Below, one piece after another: positions 10,945 through 20,324 of a stretch of DNA of 64,000 bases. Within the stretch, counting starts at the first letter, position 1; every line of letters begins with the position of its first letter. This DNA is from Desulfomicrobium sp. (GTDB lineage Bacteria > Desulfobacterota > Desulfovibrionia > Desulfovibrionales > Desulfomicrobiaceae). The notes under the pieces were generated by a model, which was given only the letters and a program-made list of their open reading frames with translations, had not been told where the DNA came from and did no database searches. The stretch is taken from positions 160,001-224,000 of the forward strand of contig JAXGMI010000003.1 in assembly GCA_040768745.1 (NCBI GenBank). Reading direction: 5' to 3'. Made by a program: the position numbers and the translations under genes.

Positions 10945-11567
10945 GAATCCTCCTCAATGACATCCCAAATGATGCGGGGGTCGAAACTTTCGGCCGCCAG
11001 CATGGTCAGCACCACCACCGTGGCGAAGAACACGGCCGCCGGGCCGGCCTCGATGCTGGCCACGGCACCGAGCTTGACCAGGGCCACCAGGATGGTGACC
11101 ACGTACACGTCGACCATGGACCACCGGCCCACCAGCTCGGTCATGCGGTACAGCACCGTGCGGTCCTTGGGGCGCCAGCGCCAGCGCAGCTGCACGCTGA
11201 CCAGCAGGAAGATCAGGATGGCCAGCTTGGCCAGGGGTACGAAGATGCTGGCGATGAAGATGACGGCGGCGATCTCCCACGAACCGCTGTGGATGAAGTA
11301 GATGACGCCGCTCATGATCGTGTCCGCCTGCACGGTGCCCAGGGCCGAAGTGACGGTCATGGGCAGGACGTTGGCCGGGACGTACATGATGGCCGCGGCC
11401 AGCAGCAGGGCCCAGGCGCGGGCGATGCTGTTGGGCTTGCGGGCGTGCAATCCTGCGCCGCAACGGGGGCAGCGGCCGTGCCCCGCCTGGGCGGCCGGCA
11501 CGAGCAGGCGGCAGTCGTGGCAACTGACCAGACCGAGGCTTTTGGCCGATGTCGGCTTGGCGCTCAT
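10941..11567 (-). CDS. pqiA: Paraquat-inducible protein A (C-terminal-half type)
   Basis: CHDC...CPRC Zn motif, GRWSMVDVYVV; ATG 11567 overlaps the upstream stop (ATGA), so the 12173 ORF start is spurious. Confidence 0.9.
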   Translation of the reverse strand: MSAKPTSAKSLGLVSCHDCRLLVPAAQAGHGRCPRCGAGLHARKPNSIARAWALLLAAAIMYVPANVLPMTVTSALGTVQADTIMSGVIYFIHSGSWEIAAVIFIASIFVPLAKLAILIFLLVSVQLRWRWRPKDRTVLYRMTELVGRWSMVDVYVVTILVALVKLGAVASIEAGPAAVFFATVVVLTMLAAESFDPRIIWDVIEEDS

Positions 11568-12247
11568 CGGCGCGGGTCCAGCCGCTCCCAGATCAGCGGC
11601 GGGTCGAGGGTGGTCATGGCCGCGGTGATGACGAAGGTCAGCAGTCCCAGGGCCATGACGGCCACGCCCGGGATGATGGACGCCATCTTGGCCAGCTTGA
11701 CCAGCGCCACCAGGATGCCGATCAGGAAGACCTCCATCATGGCCCAGGCCTGGAGGTGGTGGATGATGCGAAAGATCGGGACGGCCCCCGGGGCACGCAG
11801 CCGCATCCTCAGCGGGACGAGAATGTAGATCAGCCCCACCAGCTGCAGCAGCGGTATCCCCACGCAGGTCAGCAGCACGAGCCCTCCCAGGCCGTACAGG
11901 TGCTGCTTCCAGAGCTCGATGATGCCGGTCAGGAGCGTGGTCTCCTGCACGAAGCCGCCGCTCTTCATGGCCAGGAAGGGGTTGGTCAGGGCGATGGCGA
12001 AGAGCACCAGCCCGCAGAAGGAGAAGGCCAGGGGCCGGTCGATGCAGTTCCGTTTCCGGCGGTACAGCACGGCCCCGCAGCGCGGGCAGAGGGAGGTCGA
12101 ACCGGGCTCGCCCGCGACCCCGGCCAGAAGGTCGCAATTGGGGCAGGCCAGAACGCGTTTCGGCGCATCGCACTGCGCAGACGCCGACCGCCCGTCGAAG
12201 GGTCTGCCTAGGCCATGCGGCGACTGAAGATCGTGTTCAATGCTCAT
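11564..12247 (-). CDS. pqiA: Paraquat-inducible protein A (N-terminal-half type)
   Basis: CPNCDL...CPRCG, WAMMEVFLIGILVALVKL; GGAGG RBS. Confidence 0.9.
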   Translation of the reverse strand: MSIEHDLQSPHGLGRPFDGRSASAQCDAPKRVLACPNCDLLAGVAGEPGSTSLCPRCGAVLYRRKRNCIDRPLAFSFCGLVLFAIALTNPFLAMKSGGFVQETTLLTGIIELWKQHLYGLGGLVLLTCVGIPLLQLVGLIYILVPLRMRLRAPGAVPIFRIIHHLQAWAMMEVFLIGILVALVKLAKMASIIPGVAVMALGLLTFVITAAMTTLDPPLIWERLDPRR

Positions 12248-13001
12248 CCGGCCTCCTTCCCACCACCTTCACATTCTCTTTTTCGACATCGCGGGACGAT
12301 TCCCGACAGCCTGTCCTTTCGTCAAGGTTCTTTCCGCATCGCGCCCTGCGGCTGAGGGCCATGATGACCTCGCTGAAGCAGGCGTCGTGGCCGACGATCT
12401 GGCCGTGGCGGAACGGCCTCTCGCTCAGCGGGTCTTCGCGCAGGGCGTAGTCGCGGACCTTCCCGTCCCGCCGGATGCCGAGCACGCGGTGTCCTTCCCG
12501 CTCCATGAGCGCGGCCGAGGCCTTCTTGTGCAGCCGCTGATCCCCGTCACCCAGTACCTCCAGCAGGGACGCCATTTCCTGCAGGAAGACCCGGGCGAAC
12601 TCGGGGTCCTGGCGGCAGATGTCCCGGCAGTTGTCGATCAGGTCGGCCAACTTGACGGTCTTGGCCCGGCTTGAGGCGCCGGCCAGGTGCGCGCGGTCCA
12701 TGGCCTTGCGCGCGGCGCGGTTGCCGTCGGCTGGCCGGCTGACGTCCCTCAGCTCCTCCACCAGGGCGGCCAGGGTCGGGCCGAACTCGCGCTCGATGTC
12801 GAGAAAACTGGCTGGCGTGTCCTCAACCACGTCGTGCAACCAGGCGGCGATCGTATCCGGGTCGTCCGTGACCGTGGCCACGATCCCGGCCACGTCCCTC
12901 AGGTGCACGTCATAGGGCTCGAAGGAGTATTTGCGGCGATGATTGATGCGCGAATGCGCTTCGGTGGCGTAGCGCCGGACCCTGGCAACCAGATCGTGCA
13001 T
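12237..13001 (-). CDS. HD_4 (RelA/SpoT hydrolase, Mesh1-like) domain protein, probably degenerate at the C-terminus
   Basis: AH...RKY...PY..H...V, WLHDVVED, VKLADLIDN motifs; the tail looks like read-through into intergenic DNA overlapping the pqiA start. Confidence 0.75.
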   Translation of the reverse strand: MHDLVARVRRYATEAHSRINHRRKYSFEPYDVHLRDVAGIVATVTDDPDTIAAWLHDVVEDTPASFLDIEREFGPTLAALVEELRDVSRPADGNRAARKAMDRAHLAGASSRAKTVKLADLIDNCRDICRQDPEFARVFLQEMASLLEVLGDGDQRLHKKASAALMEREGHRVLGIRRDGKVRDYALREDPLSERPFRHGQIVGHDACFSEVIMALSRRARCGKNLDERTGCRESSRDVEKENVKVVGRRPDEH

Positions 13002-13092
13002 ACGGACTTCTCGTGCCTTCAGAAATTTATGCGGCGTATGAGTATTTTCCGAGGACATGCACGTCGGATTCGCCGACGCCTTTCCCCATACG

Positions 13093-13344
13093 TCACTCGA
13101 CGATCTCGGCATCCCGGATGACCCCATCCGGCAGGACGTCCGGCTGCGGGGTGACCTGGATGTACTTGATGCTCGAAACGGGAATGACGAGCAGGCTGTC
13201 GGACGTCTCGACGATGACCTTGTCCTGCTCCAGCGCCTTCTTGACCTTGGTGGCCAGGGTGGAGGTGTCCGTGACCTTCGGATACCGGAAAGTGATCTTC
13301 GACCCGTCCGTGAAATGGACGACCATGATTGCCATCTGTGCCAT
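13093..13344 (-). CDS. Small hypothetical protein (83 aa, beta-rich)
   Basis: GAGGAG RBS, high-GC3 codon usage, operon orientation. Confidence 0.75.
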   Translation of the reverse strand: MAQMAIMVVHFTDGSKITFRYPKVTDTSTLATKVKKALEQDKVIVETSDSLLVIPVSSIKYIQVTPQPDVLPDGVIRDAEIVE

Positions 13345-13414
13345 GACGCATCTCCTCGATTGAACGTTTTCAGCCCTGGCCTGCAGGGGGTTACGGCATG
13401 CCAGGGGTGAAGAG

Positions 13415-14044
13415 TCAGGGTTTCTCGACGCTGACGGCGATGGTTTCCGTGATGCGGAAGACCACCTTCTCGCCCACCTTGCGCTGCTTCAGGTCCACGT
13501 CTTTGCGGACGGGGAAGGTCCGCTTCGTCCCGTCCTTGAACTCCAGCGTCGCCTCGTGCTTGGCGAGGTCGATGGCCGTGACCGTGCCGACCACCTGCCT
13601 GGTGCCGGAGATGATCCCGCCGGGCTGCTCGCCCTTCGGGGACGTGGCGACCACGGAGGAGGCCACTTCGCCCGACGTCCCGCCTTCCTCGTCCAGATAG
13701 ACCACGAGCTCGTCGGTCAGGGTCAGCCTGACCATGTCGCCGACGGCGACCTGGTCGAAGTTGGCGGCCGCGGGGCCGGCCTTGGCTTCGAAGGTCCTGC
13801 CGGTTTCGTCCTGGAGCTTGGCGGTGCGCTTGACCTTGTCGATCCCGACGACCTTGGCGACCACCTCATGGGTGTTGACGACCACTCCGCCGGGCACGCC
13901 TTCCACGTTGACCGTCGCGCTGCCGGCCATGGCCCGCGCGGGGGCGAGGAAAAGCAGGCAGGAGACGAGGAGCGCCCCGGCGAAGGCCGCCAAGGCTCGG
14001 GCTCCCGTGGGCATGTCCGATACGCTGAAATCTGATGCGTTCAT
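13415..14044 (-). CDS. Exported protein with two tandem OB-fold-like repeats
   Basis: Signal peptide (…APARAMA); internal duplication PGG…V..ID…R/H.A.L…G…VGD/EKV. Confidence 0.8.
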   Translation of the reverse strand: MNASDFSVSDMPTGARALAAFAGALLVSCLLFLAPARAMAGSATVNVEGVPGGVVVNTHEVVAKVVGIDKVKRTAKLQDETGRTFEAKAGPAAANFDQVAVGDMVRLTLTDELVVYLDEEGGTSGEVASSVVATSPKGEQPGGIISGTRQVVGTVTAIDLAKHEATLEFKDGTKRTFPVRKDVDLKQRKVGEKVVFRITETIAVSVEKP

Positions 14045-14138
14045 TGAATTGTCCTTGTTCGATAAGAGGTTGATCCGAATTGCCGCGAAACACTCGTATC
14101 CCGCATGGCCTTGAACATCGATATGGTGACTCCGGCGC

Positions 14139-15560
14139 TCACTGCGCCCGTGTCGCGGCCGACTGCTCGACCGTGTTCATCCAGCCCCCACCCATGGCCT
14201 TGTAGAGTCCGATCATGGCCCGGTGCAGCGCGACCCTGGTCTGGGTGAAGGACAGCTCCGCGTTGAAGAGGCTCCGCTCGGCGTCGAGCACGGTCAGGAA
14301 GTCCGTGTAGCCTTCGTCATAGCGCAGTCTGGCGACCTCGTCGTACTGGCGCAGGGACGCGACCTGCTTGTCCTGGGCGTCGAGCTGTCGGCCCGTCTGC
14401 TGCTGGTCCGTCAGGGCGTCGTTGACCTCCCGGAAGGCATTCTGCACGGCCTGCCGGTATCCGGCCAGGGCCTGGCGCTGGATCGCTTCGGCCGCCTTGA
14501 CGTTGCCGGCGATCCTGCCGGCCGTGAAGATGGGCACCGTCACGGGCGCGCTGTAGCTCCAGGCCTGGGCCGAATCGCGGAAGAGGTCCTTGAGGTCGGC
14601 GCTGGCGAAGCCGAAGAGGCCCGTCAGGGAGATGGCCGGGAAGTAGGCCGCCTTGGCCACGCCGATCTGGGCGTTGGCGGCGACCAGGGCCTGCTCGGCC
14701 TGGCGCACGTCGGGGCGCCTCTCCAGGAGGTCCGACGGCAGACCGGCCACGACGGCTGGCAGCGTCAGTTCCTCGATGGGCAGGCCGCGCGGGATGGGGC
14801 CGGGGTTGCGCCCCAGCAGCACGGAAAGGCCGTTCTCCTGCTGGGCGATGGCCTTCTCGATGGGCGGGATGATGGCCATGGCCTCTTCGTACTGGGACTT
14901 GTTCTGGGTCAGCTCCAGCAGGGAGATGATGCCGCCGTCGTAGCGCTCCTGAAAGATTCTGTAGGACCCCTCGCGGCTGCGCACGGTATTCCGGGCGATC
15001 TCCAGCTGCCGGTCCAGACCGCGCAGGTTGACGTAGGCCGCGGCCACGTTCCCGACCAGGGACAGGATGACCCCGCGTCGCGCCTCCTCCGTGCCCAGCA
15101 ACTGGGCGCGCGCCGCCTCGGTGCTGCGGCGGATGCGGCCCCACAGGTCGATCTCCCAGGCGGCGTTCAATGTGGTCGAATACGTCTCGGTCAGGGTCGC
15201 GTAGCCTTCGGCCGGCTTGTTTTCGGCCTCCCGGGTGATCTGGTCGCGGCTATAGGAAGCGCCGGCCCCGACCTGGGGAAAGAGGTCGGCCCGCACGATG
15301 CCATACCGCCCTTCGAATTCCTCGATGCGGGCGGTGGCGATGAGCAGATCCTTGTTTTCCCGCAGGGCCGTGTCGATCAGGCCGCTCAGGACCGGGTCGC
15401 CGAACTGGCCCCACCAGGCCGTGTCGGCCAGGTTGTTGGCCTCGCCGGCCTCAATGCGCCAGGCGGCCGGCATGTCCAGGTTTGGGCGCACGTAGTCGGG
15501 TCCGAGGGTGCAGCCGGCCCCGAGCAGGGCCAGCATGAAGGCGAGCACGAGGTTACGCAT
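14139..15560 (-). CDS. RND efflux outer-membrane factor lipoprotein (NodT/OprM family)
   Basis: Lipobox LGAGC, WEIDLWGRIRR, PSDLLERRPDV, LYKAMGGGW; ATG 15560 overlaps the permease stop. Confidence 0.93.
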   Translation of the reverse strand: MRNLVLAFMLALLGAGCTLGPDYVRPNLDMPAAWRIEAGEANNLADTAWWGQFGDPVLSGLIDTALRENKDLLIATARIEEFEGRYGIVRADLFPQVGAGASYSRDQITREAENKPAEGYATLTETYSTTLNAAWEIDLWGRIRRSTEAARAQLLGTEEARRGVILSLVGNVAAAYVNLRGLDRQLEIARNTVRSREGSYRIFQERYDGGIISLLELTQNKSQYEEAMAIIPPIEKAIAQQENGLSVLLGRNPGPIPRGLPIEELTLPAVVAGLPSDLLERRPDVRQAEQALVAANAQIGVAKAAYFPAISLTGLFGFASADLKDLFRDSAQAWSYSAPVTVPIFTAGRIAGNVKAAEAIQRQALAGYRQAVQNAFREVNDALTDQQQTGRQLDAQDKQVASLRQYDEVARLRYDEGYTDFLTVLDAERSLFNAELSFTQTRVALHRAMIGLYKAMGGGWMNTVEQSAATRAQ

Positions 15561-18500
15561 GGTGCACCTCCTTGGGCCCTTCGGCCGGCGGCGCGGGTTT
15601 CTTCCCTCCGATCTTCTCCACCACGTAGTAGAACACGGGGATGAGGAAGACGCCGATGACCGTGGCCGCGAGCATCCCGCCGATGACCGCGCTGCCCATG
15701 ACCTGGCGGGAGACCGCGCCGGCCCCGGAGGCGATGGCCAGCGGCACGCAGCCGAGGATGAAGGCAAAGGAGGTCATGAGGATGGGCCGCAACCTGAGCT
15801 TCGCCCCCTCCAGCGTGGCCTCCAGCAGGGGCCTGCCCTTCTCGTATTCCATCTTGGCGAACTCTACGATGAGGATGGCGTTCTTGGCCGACAGGCCGAT
15901 GAGCATGACCAGGCCGATCTGGGCGTAGACGTTGTTCTCCTGCCCGCGCAGCATGAGGGCTCCGAAGGCGCCCGCCACGGCGATGGGTGTGCCCAGCAGG
16001 ACCGAGAACGGCAGGGACCAGCTCTCGTACTGCGCTGCCAGGATCAGGAACACGCACAGGAGCGAGAAGCCGAAGATGACCATGGGCGAGACGCCCTTCT
16101 GGGCCTGCCATTCCTGGAAGGACATGCCCATGTAGTCGAAGCCCATCTCCGGGGGCATGGTTTCGGCGAAGACCTCCTCCAGCGCCTTCATGGCCTGAGC
16201 CGAGCTGTAGCCCGGCGCTGCGTTGGCATTGATCTGGGCGCAGCGGTACAGGTTGTAGCGCATGGTGAACTCGGGCCCGGAGATGTTCCGGACCGAGGTC
16301 AGGGCCGAAAGGGGCACCGTCGCGCCCTCGCTGTTGCGCACGTAGAACTGTCCGACGTTCTCGATGTTGGTCCGGTACTCGCCCTCGGCCTGGATGTAGA
16401 CCTGCCACTGGCGTCCGAACTTGTTGAAGTAGTTGATGAAGCCGCTGCCCATGAAGCTCTGCAGGGTCTTGTAGACATCGTCGATCTTGACCCCCTGCTT
16501 GAGGACCTTGTCGCGGTCCACGTCGACGAAGAGCTGCGGGACCGTGGGCCGGAAGGTCGTGGACACGCTGCCCAGCTCCGGGCGCTTCTTCGCCGCCTCG
16601 ACGAAGGTGTTCACGTTCGCGGCCAGGAACTCGATATCCTTGCCCGCCCGGTCCTCGAGCATGAAGGTCGCGCCGCCCGAGGTGCCGATGCCGGGGATGG
16701 CCGGGGGGGAGAAGGCGAAGCCGATGGCCCCGCTGATCCCGGCGAGCTTCCCGTTGATGCCCTTCTTGATGGTCTCGTACTGCAGTTCCGGCGTCTTGCG
16801 CGCGGCCCAGTCCTCGAGGGTGATGAAGAAGAAGGTGCTGTAGGTGTTGGTCACGCCGCTCAGCAGGTTGTAGCCCACGACGGAGGTGCAGTACTTCACG
16901 CCGGGGGTGTCCATGATCAGCTTTTCGGCCTCTGCCGTGATCGCACGGGTCCGCTGCAGCGACGAGGCGTCGGGCAGCTGCACCGCGCCGTACATGTAGC
17001 CCTGGTCCTCCTCGGGCAGGAAGCCCGTGGCCACGCGCCCGCCGAAGAAGCCCGTCAGGACCGTGATGCCCACGAGGAGGAGCATGCTGACGAGGCTCTT
17101 GTGCACGGCCAGCCGGCAGATGCCGACATAGCCGTCCGTGGCCCGCCCGAACATGCGGTTGAACCAGTCGTAGAACTTCTGCAGCGGTCCCGAACCCTTC
17201 TCCTTGGGCTTCAGCAGCAGTGCGCTGAGGGCCGGGCTCAGGGTCAGGGCGTTGAAGGCCGAGATGATGACCGAGATGGCGATGGTCAGGGCGAACTGCT
17301 GGTAGAGCCGCCCGGTGATGCCGGGGATGAAGGCCGTGGGGATGAAGACCGCGGCCAGGATGACGGCGATGGCGATGACCGGCCCCGAGACCTCCTCCAT
17401 GGCCCTGAAGGTTGCCTCCTTGGGCGAGAGGCCGTGCTCGATGTGGTGCTCCACCGCCTCGACCACGACGATGGCGTCGTCCACGACCAGGCCGATGGCC
17501 AGGACCAGGCCGAAGAGGGAGAGGGTGTTGATGGAAAACCCCAGCAGCGGGAAGAGCATGAACGTGCCGACCAGGGACACGGGCACGGCCAGGAGCGGAA
17601 TGAGCGTCGCCCGCCAGCCCTGCAGGAAGATGAAGACCACGATGATGACCAGGGCCAGGGCCTCGAACAGGGTGTGCTGGATCTCCTTGATGCCCTCGGT
17701 CACGGCCAGGGTGGTGTCCAGGGAGACGACGTAGTCCAGGTCCGCCGGGAAGCGCTCCTTGAGCGTGGCCATGAGGGCCTTGGCCCCGTCGGCAGCCTCG
17801 ACCGCGTTGGTGCCCGGCATCTGGTACAGGGCGATCAGCGCGGCGGGCTTGCCCTGCAGGCGGCCCTCCAGGCTGTAGGTCTGGGCACCCAGTTCGATGC
17901 GCGCCACGTCCCTGACGCGCACCACGGACCCGTCCGGGTTGGCGCGCAGGATGATGGCCCCGAATTCCTCCTCGGACTGCAGGCGTCCCTGGGCCCGGAC
18001 CGTGTAGGTGAACTCCTGTCCCGCCGGAACCGGCTCGGACCCCACCTGCCCGGCGGGGTTGACCGTGTTCTGGGCCTTGATGGCGTTCATGATCTCGGGG
18101 ATGGTGATGTTCAGCTTGGCCAGCTGGTCGGGCTTGACCCACAGTCGCATGGCGTACTGCCCCGCGCCGAAGACGGTGACGCTGGCGATGCCCTTGATGC
18201 GGGTCATCTGGTCGTTGATGTTGATGTAGCAGTAGTTGGCCAGGAAGATGTTGTCGTAGGTGCCGTTCGGCGAAAAGAGGCCGAACATGATGAGCGGCGA
18301 GGAGGTCGACTTCTCGACCTTCACGCCGTACTCGCGCACTTCCGACGGCAGCTTGGCCTCGGCCTGCCCTTTGCGCATCTGGGCCAGGAGCTGGTCGGTG
18401 TTGGGGTCGGTCTTGACGTCGAAGTTGACGGTCAGCTTCGTTTCGCCGTTGTTGGCGTTGGTGGAGTACATGTAGTTCATGTTGTCCACGCCCGACATCT

Positions 18501-18702
18501 CCTGCTCGATGGGCGTGGCCACCGCTTGCTCTAGGGTCAGGGCGTCGGCGCCGGTGTAGGTGGCCGAAACCTTGATCTCGGGCGGGACGATGTTCGGGAA
18601 CTGCGCCGTGGGCAGCCCGAGCATGGCCACGATGCCGACGATGAGCATCAGGATGGAGATGACCATGGCCACGATGGGCCGGTTGATGAAGAATCGTGCC
18701 AT
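15553..18702 (-). CDS. RND efflux permease, HAE1 family
   Basis: [19 protein letters not shown] proton relay, [20 protein letters not shown]. Confidence 0.95.
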   Translation of the reverse strand: MARFFINRPIVAMVISILMLIVGIVAMLGLPTAQFPNIVPPEIKVSATYTGADALTLEQAVATPIEQEMSGVDNMNYMYSTNANNGETKLTVNFDVKTDPNTDQLLAQMRKGQAEAKLPSEVREYGVKVEKSTSSPLIMFGLFSPNGTYDNIFLANYCYININDQMTRIKGIASVTVFGAGQYAMRLWVKPDQLAKLNITIPEIMNAIKAQNTVNPAGQVGSEPVPAGQEFTYTVRAQGRLQSEEEFGAIILRANPDGSVVRVRDVARIELGAQTYSLEGRLQGKPAALIALYQMPGTNAVEAADGAKALMATLKERFPADLDYVVSLDTTLAVTEGIKEIQHTLFEALALVIIVVFIFLQGWRATLIPLLAVPVSLVGTFMLFPLLGFSINTLSLFGLVLAIGLVVDDAIVVVEAVEHHIEHGLSPKEATFRAMEEVSGPVIAIAVILAAVFIPTAFIPGITGRLYQQFALTIAISVIISAFNALTLSPALSALLLKPKEKGSGPLQKFYDWFNRMFGRATDGYVGICRLAVHKSLVSMLLLVGITVLTGFFGGRVATGFLPEEDQGYMYGAVQLPDASSLQRTRAITAEAEKLIMDTPGVKYCTSVVGYNLLSGVTNTYSTFFFITLEDWAARKTPELQYETIKKGINGKLAGISGAIGFAFSPPAIPGIGTSGGATFMLEDRAGKDIEFLAANVNTFVEAAKKRPELGSVSTTFRPTVPQLFVDVDRDKVLKQGVKIDDVYKTLQSFMGSGFINYFNKFGRQWQVYIQAEGEYRTNIENVGQFYVRNSEGATVPLSALTSVRNISGPEFTMRYNLYRCAQINANAAPGYSSAQAMKALEEVFAETMPPEMGFDYMGMSFQEWQAQKGVSPMVIFGFSLLCVFLILAAQYESWSLPFSVLLGTPIAVAGAFGALMLRGQENNVYAQIGLVMLIGLSAKNAILIVEFAKMEYEKGRPLLEATLEGAKLRLRPILMTSFAFILGCVPLAIASGAGAVSRQVMGSAVIGGMLAATVIGVFLIPVFYYVVEKIGGKKPAPPAEGPKEVHHA

Positions 18703-18707
18703 GGCGC

Positions 18708-19937
18708 CTACCCCTTGCTGGCGGGCGCCGGGGCCGCGGGTTCGAAGGGCTTGGGCGTCACGCTCATCCCCGGCCTGACTTTCTGGGTGCCCTCGGCGAC
18801 CACCGCCTCTCCGGGATTGAGCCCCTTCTCGATGACCCAGCCCGAATCGATCTTCTGGCCAACCTGGACCGGACGGACATCGACCTTGTTGTCCGCGGCG
18901 ACCACGGCCACGAGGTATCTGCCCTGCATTTCCGTCACCGCGCGCTGCGGCACGATCAAGGCGCCGGACTTGGTCTGCAGGACGGCCCTGACCTTGCCGA
19001 ACATGCCGGGCCGCAGGAGGTTTTCCGGGTTGGCGAAGACGGTGCCGATCTTCAGGGTGCCCGTGGCCGGGTCGACCTGGCGGTCCGCCAGGGCCATCCT
19101 GCCCTGGTGCGGATAGACGCTGCCGTCGGCCAGTACCAGCTGCAGGGGGGCGTCCGTCGCCCTGTTTTCAGCCGTCCTGGCCCGCAGGTACTCCTGCTCG
19201 CTGACGTTGATGTAGGCCTTGATGGGGTCCAGGGCGGAGACGGAGGTCAACTCCTCCTGCATGCTGGGGCTGACCAGGTTGCCCAGCTGGGCCTTGGCGA
19301 TGCCCGCCACGCCGTCCACGGGCGAGGTGATCCTGGTGAAGCCCAGCTCCAGCTGGGCCTTTTCCAGGTTGGCCTGGGCCACGGCGATGCCGGCCTTGGC
19401 GGTCACCACCGCGGCCTTGGTCACCAGGTCGCGCCCGATGGCGTAGTCGAGATCCTTCTGGGACACGGCGTTCTTGGCGGCCAGCGGCTTTATCCTGGCC
19501 AGGTCGGCCCGGGCCGTGGCGGCGGAGGCCTCCTGCGCGGCCAACTCGCCCTTGGCCTGTTCCAGGGCGGCCTGGGCCTGCTTGACCTCGGCCTGGAAGG
19601 TGCGCGGGTCAATCTCGAAGAGGACCTGCCCTTTCCTGACGATGTCGCCTTCGACGTAGTTCTGTTTGACCAGATACCCCGTGACCTGCGGGCGGATGAC
19701 CGCGTTGATGGACCCGTCCAGGACGCCGATCCATTCGCTGAAGATCGGCACGTCCTGCTGGACGACCTTCACCACCTCCACCACCGGAACCGGTGGAGGC
19801 CCGGCCTGCTCCTTCTGCTGACACCCCCCCGCAACGATCAGGACCGACAGGAAGGAGGCGGCAACACCCATGTGTGCCATACACCTGATCGTCTGGGAAA
19901 AGCGCGTCGAGTCGAAAACTCTCCCGATTCTGGCCAT
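18708..19937 (-). CDS. RND periplasmic adaptor (membrane fusion protein)
   Basis: IRPQVTG, lipoyl halves, alpha-hairpin, LRPGMF; AGGAG RBS. Confidence 0.92.
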   Translation of the reverse strand: MARIGRVFDSTRFSQTIRCMAHMGVAASFLSVLIVAGGCQQKEQAGPPPVPVVEVVKVVQQDVPIFSEWIGVLDGSINAVIRPQVTGYLVKQNYVEGDIVRKGQVLFEIDPRTFQAEVKQAQAALEQAKGELAAQEASAATARADLARIKPLAAKNAVSQKDLDYAIGRDLVTKAAVVTAKAGIAVAQANLEKAQLELGFTRITSPVDGVAGIAKAQLGNLVSPSMQEELTSVSALDPIKAYINVSEQEYLRARTAENRATDAPLQLVLADGSVYPHQGRMALADRQVDPATGTLKIGTVFANPENLLRPGMFGKVRAVLQTKSGALIVPQRAVTEMQGRYLVAVVAADNKVDVRPVQVGQKIDSGWVIEKGLNPGEAVVAEGTQKVRPGMSVTPKPFEPAAPAPASKG

Positions 19938-20324
19938 GTACGTCTCCTTGCTAGGGAATCAATCCCGTTTCCGAAGTGCCATCCGCCTTTGCCGGGCGAC
20001 GGCGACGCCTGTTTCGCGAGCCCTGTCCCGCACATCGATGCAGCGGGCACGCGAAACTTCGCGCGCCCGTCCGGGAAGGAGGAAAGACTGGCGGCGCATC
20101 GTATCCTGCGCCGCCAGTGTGTTAAATACCAGTTCCGTTTCGTGGCCGTCCACTATCTCGCCGAAGGTCAGGAGGGTGCCGACATCTGGCGGTCCCGGTC
20201 CATCACCCGGACGACGCACCCGGCGGACAGGAACCTCTCCTTCCACGTTGCGGACCGGAACCCGAATCGCAAAACGTCCCGGCGGGGCAATGCCGCCTGC
20301 GACGACTTGACGGCCAACGAACAC

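Noticed and set aside
10941..12247. pqiA split as a frameshift pseudogene
   Set aside because: Both halves have their own start and Zn motif and overlap by ATGA; two-gene pqiA is a common natural arrangement.
19940..20324. ORF or fourth activator site in the gap between DUF3313 and the RND adaptor
   Set aside because: Only a half-site (CGTCCC near 20275) and no -24/-12 box found; the ORFs lack coding signals.
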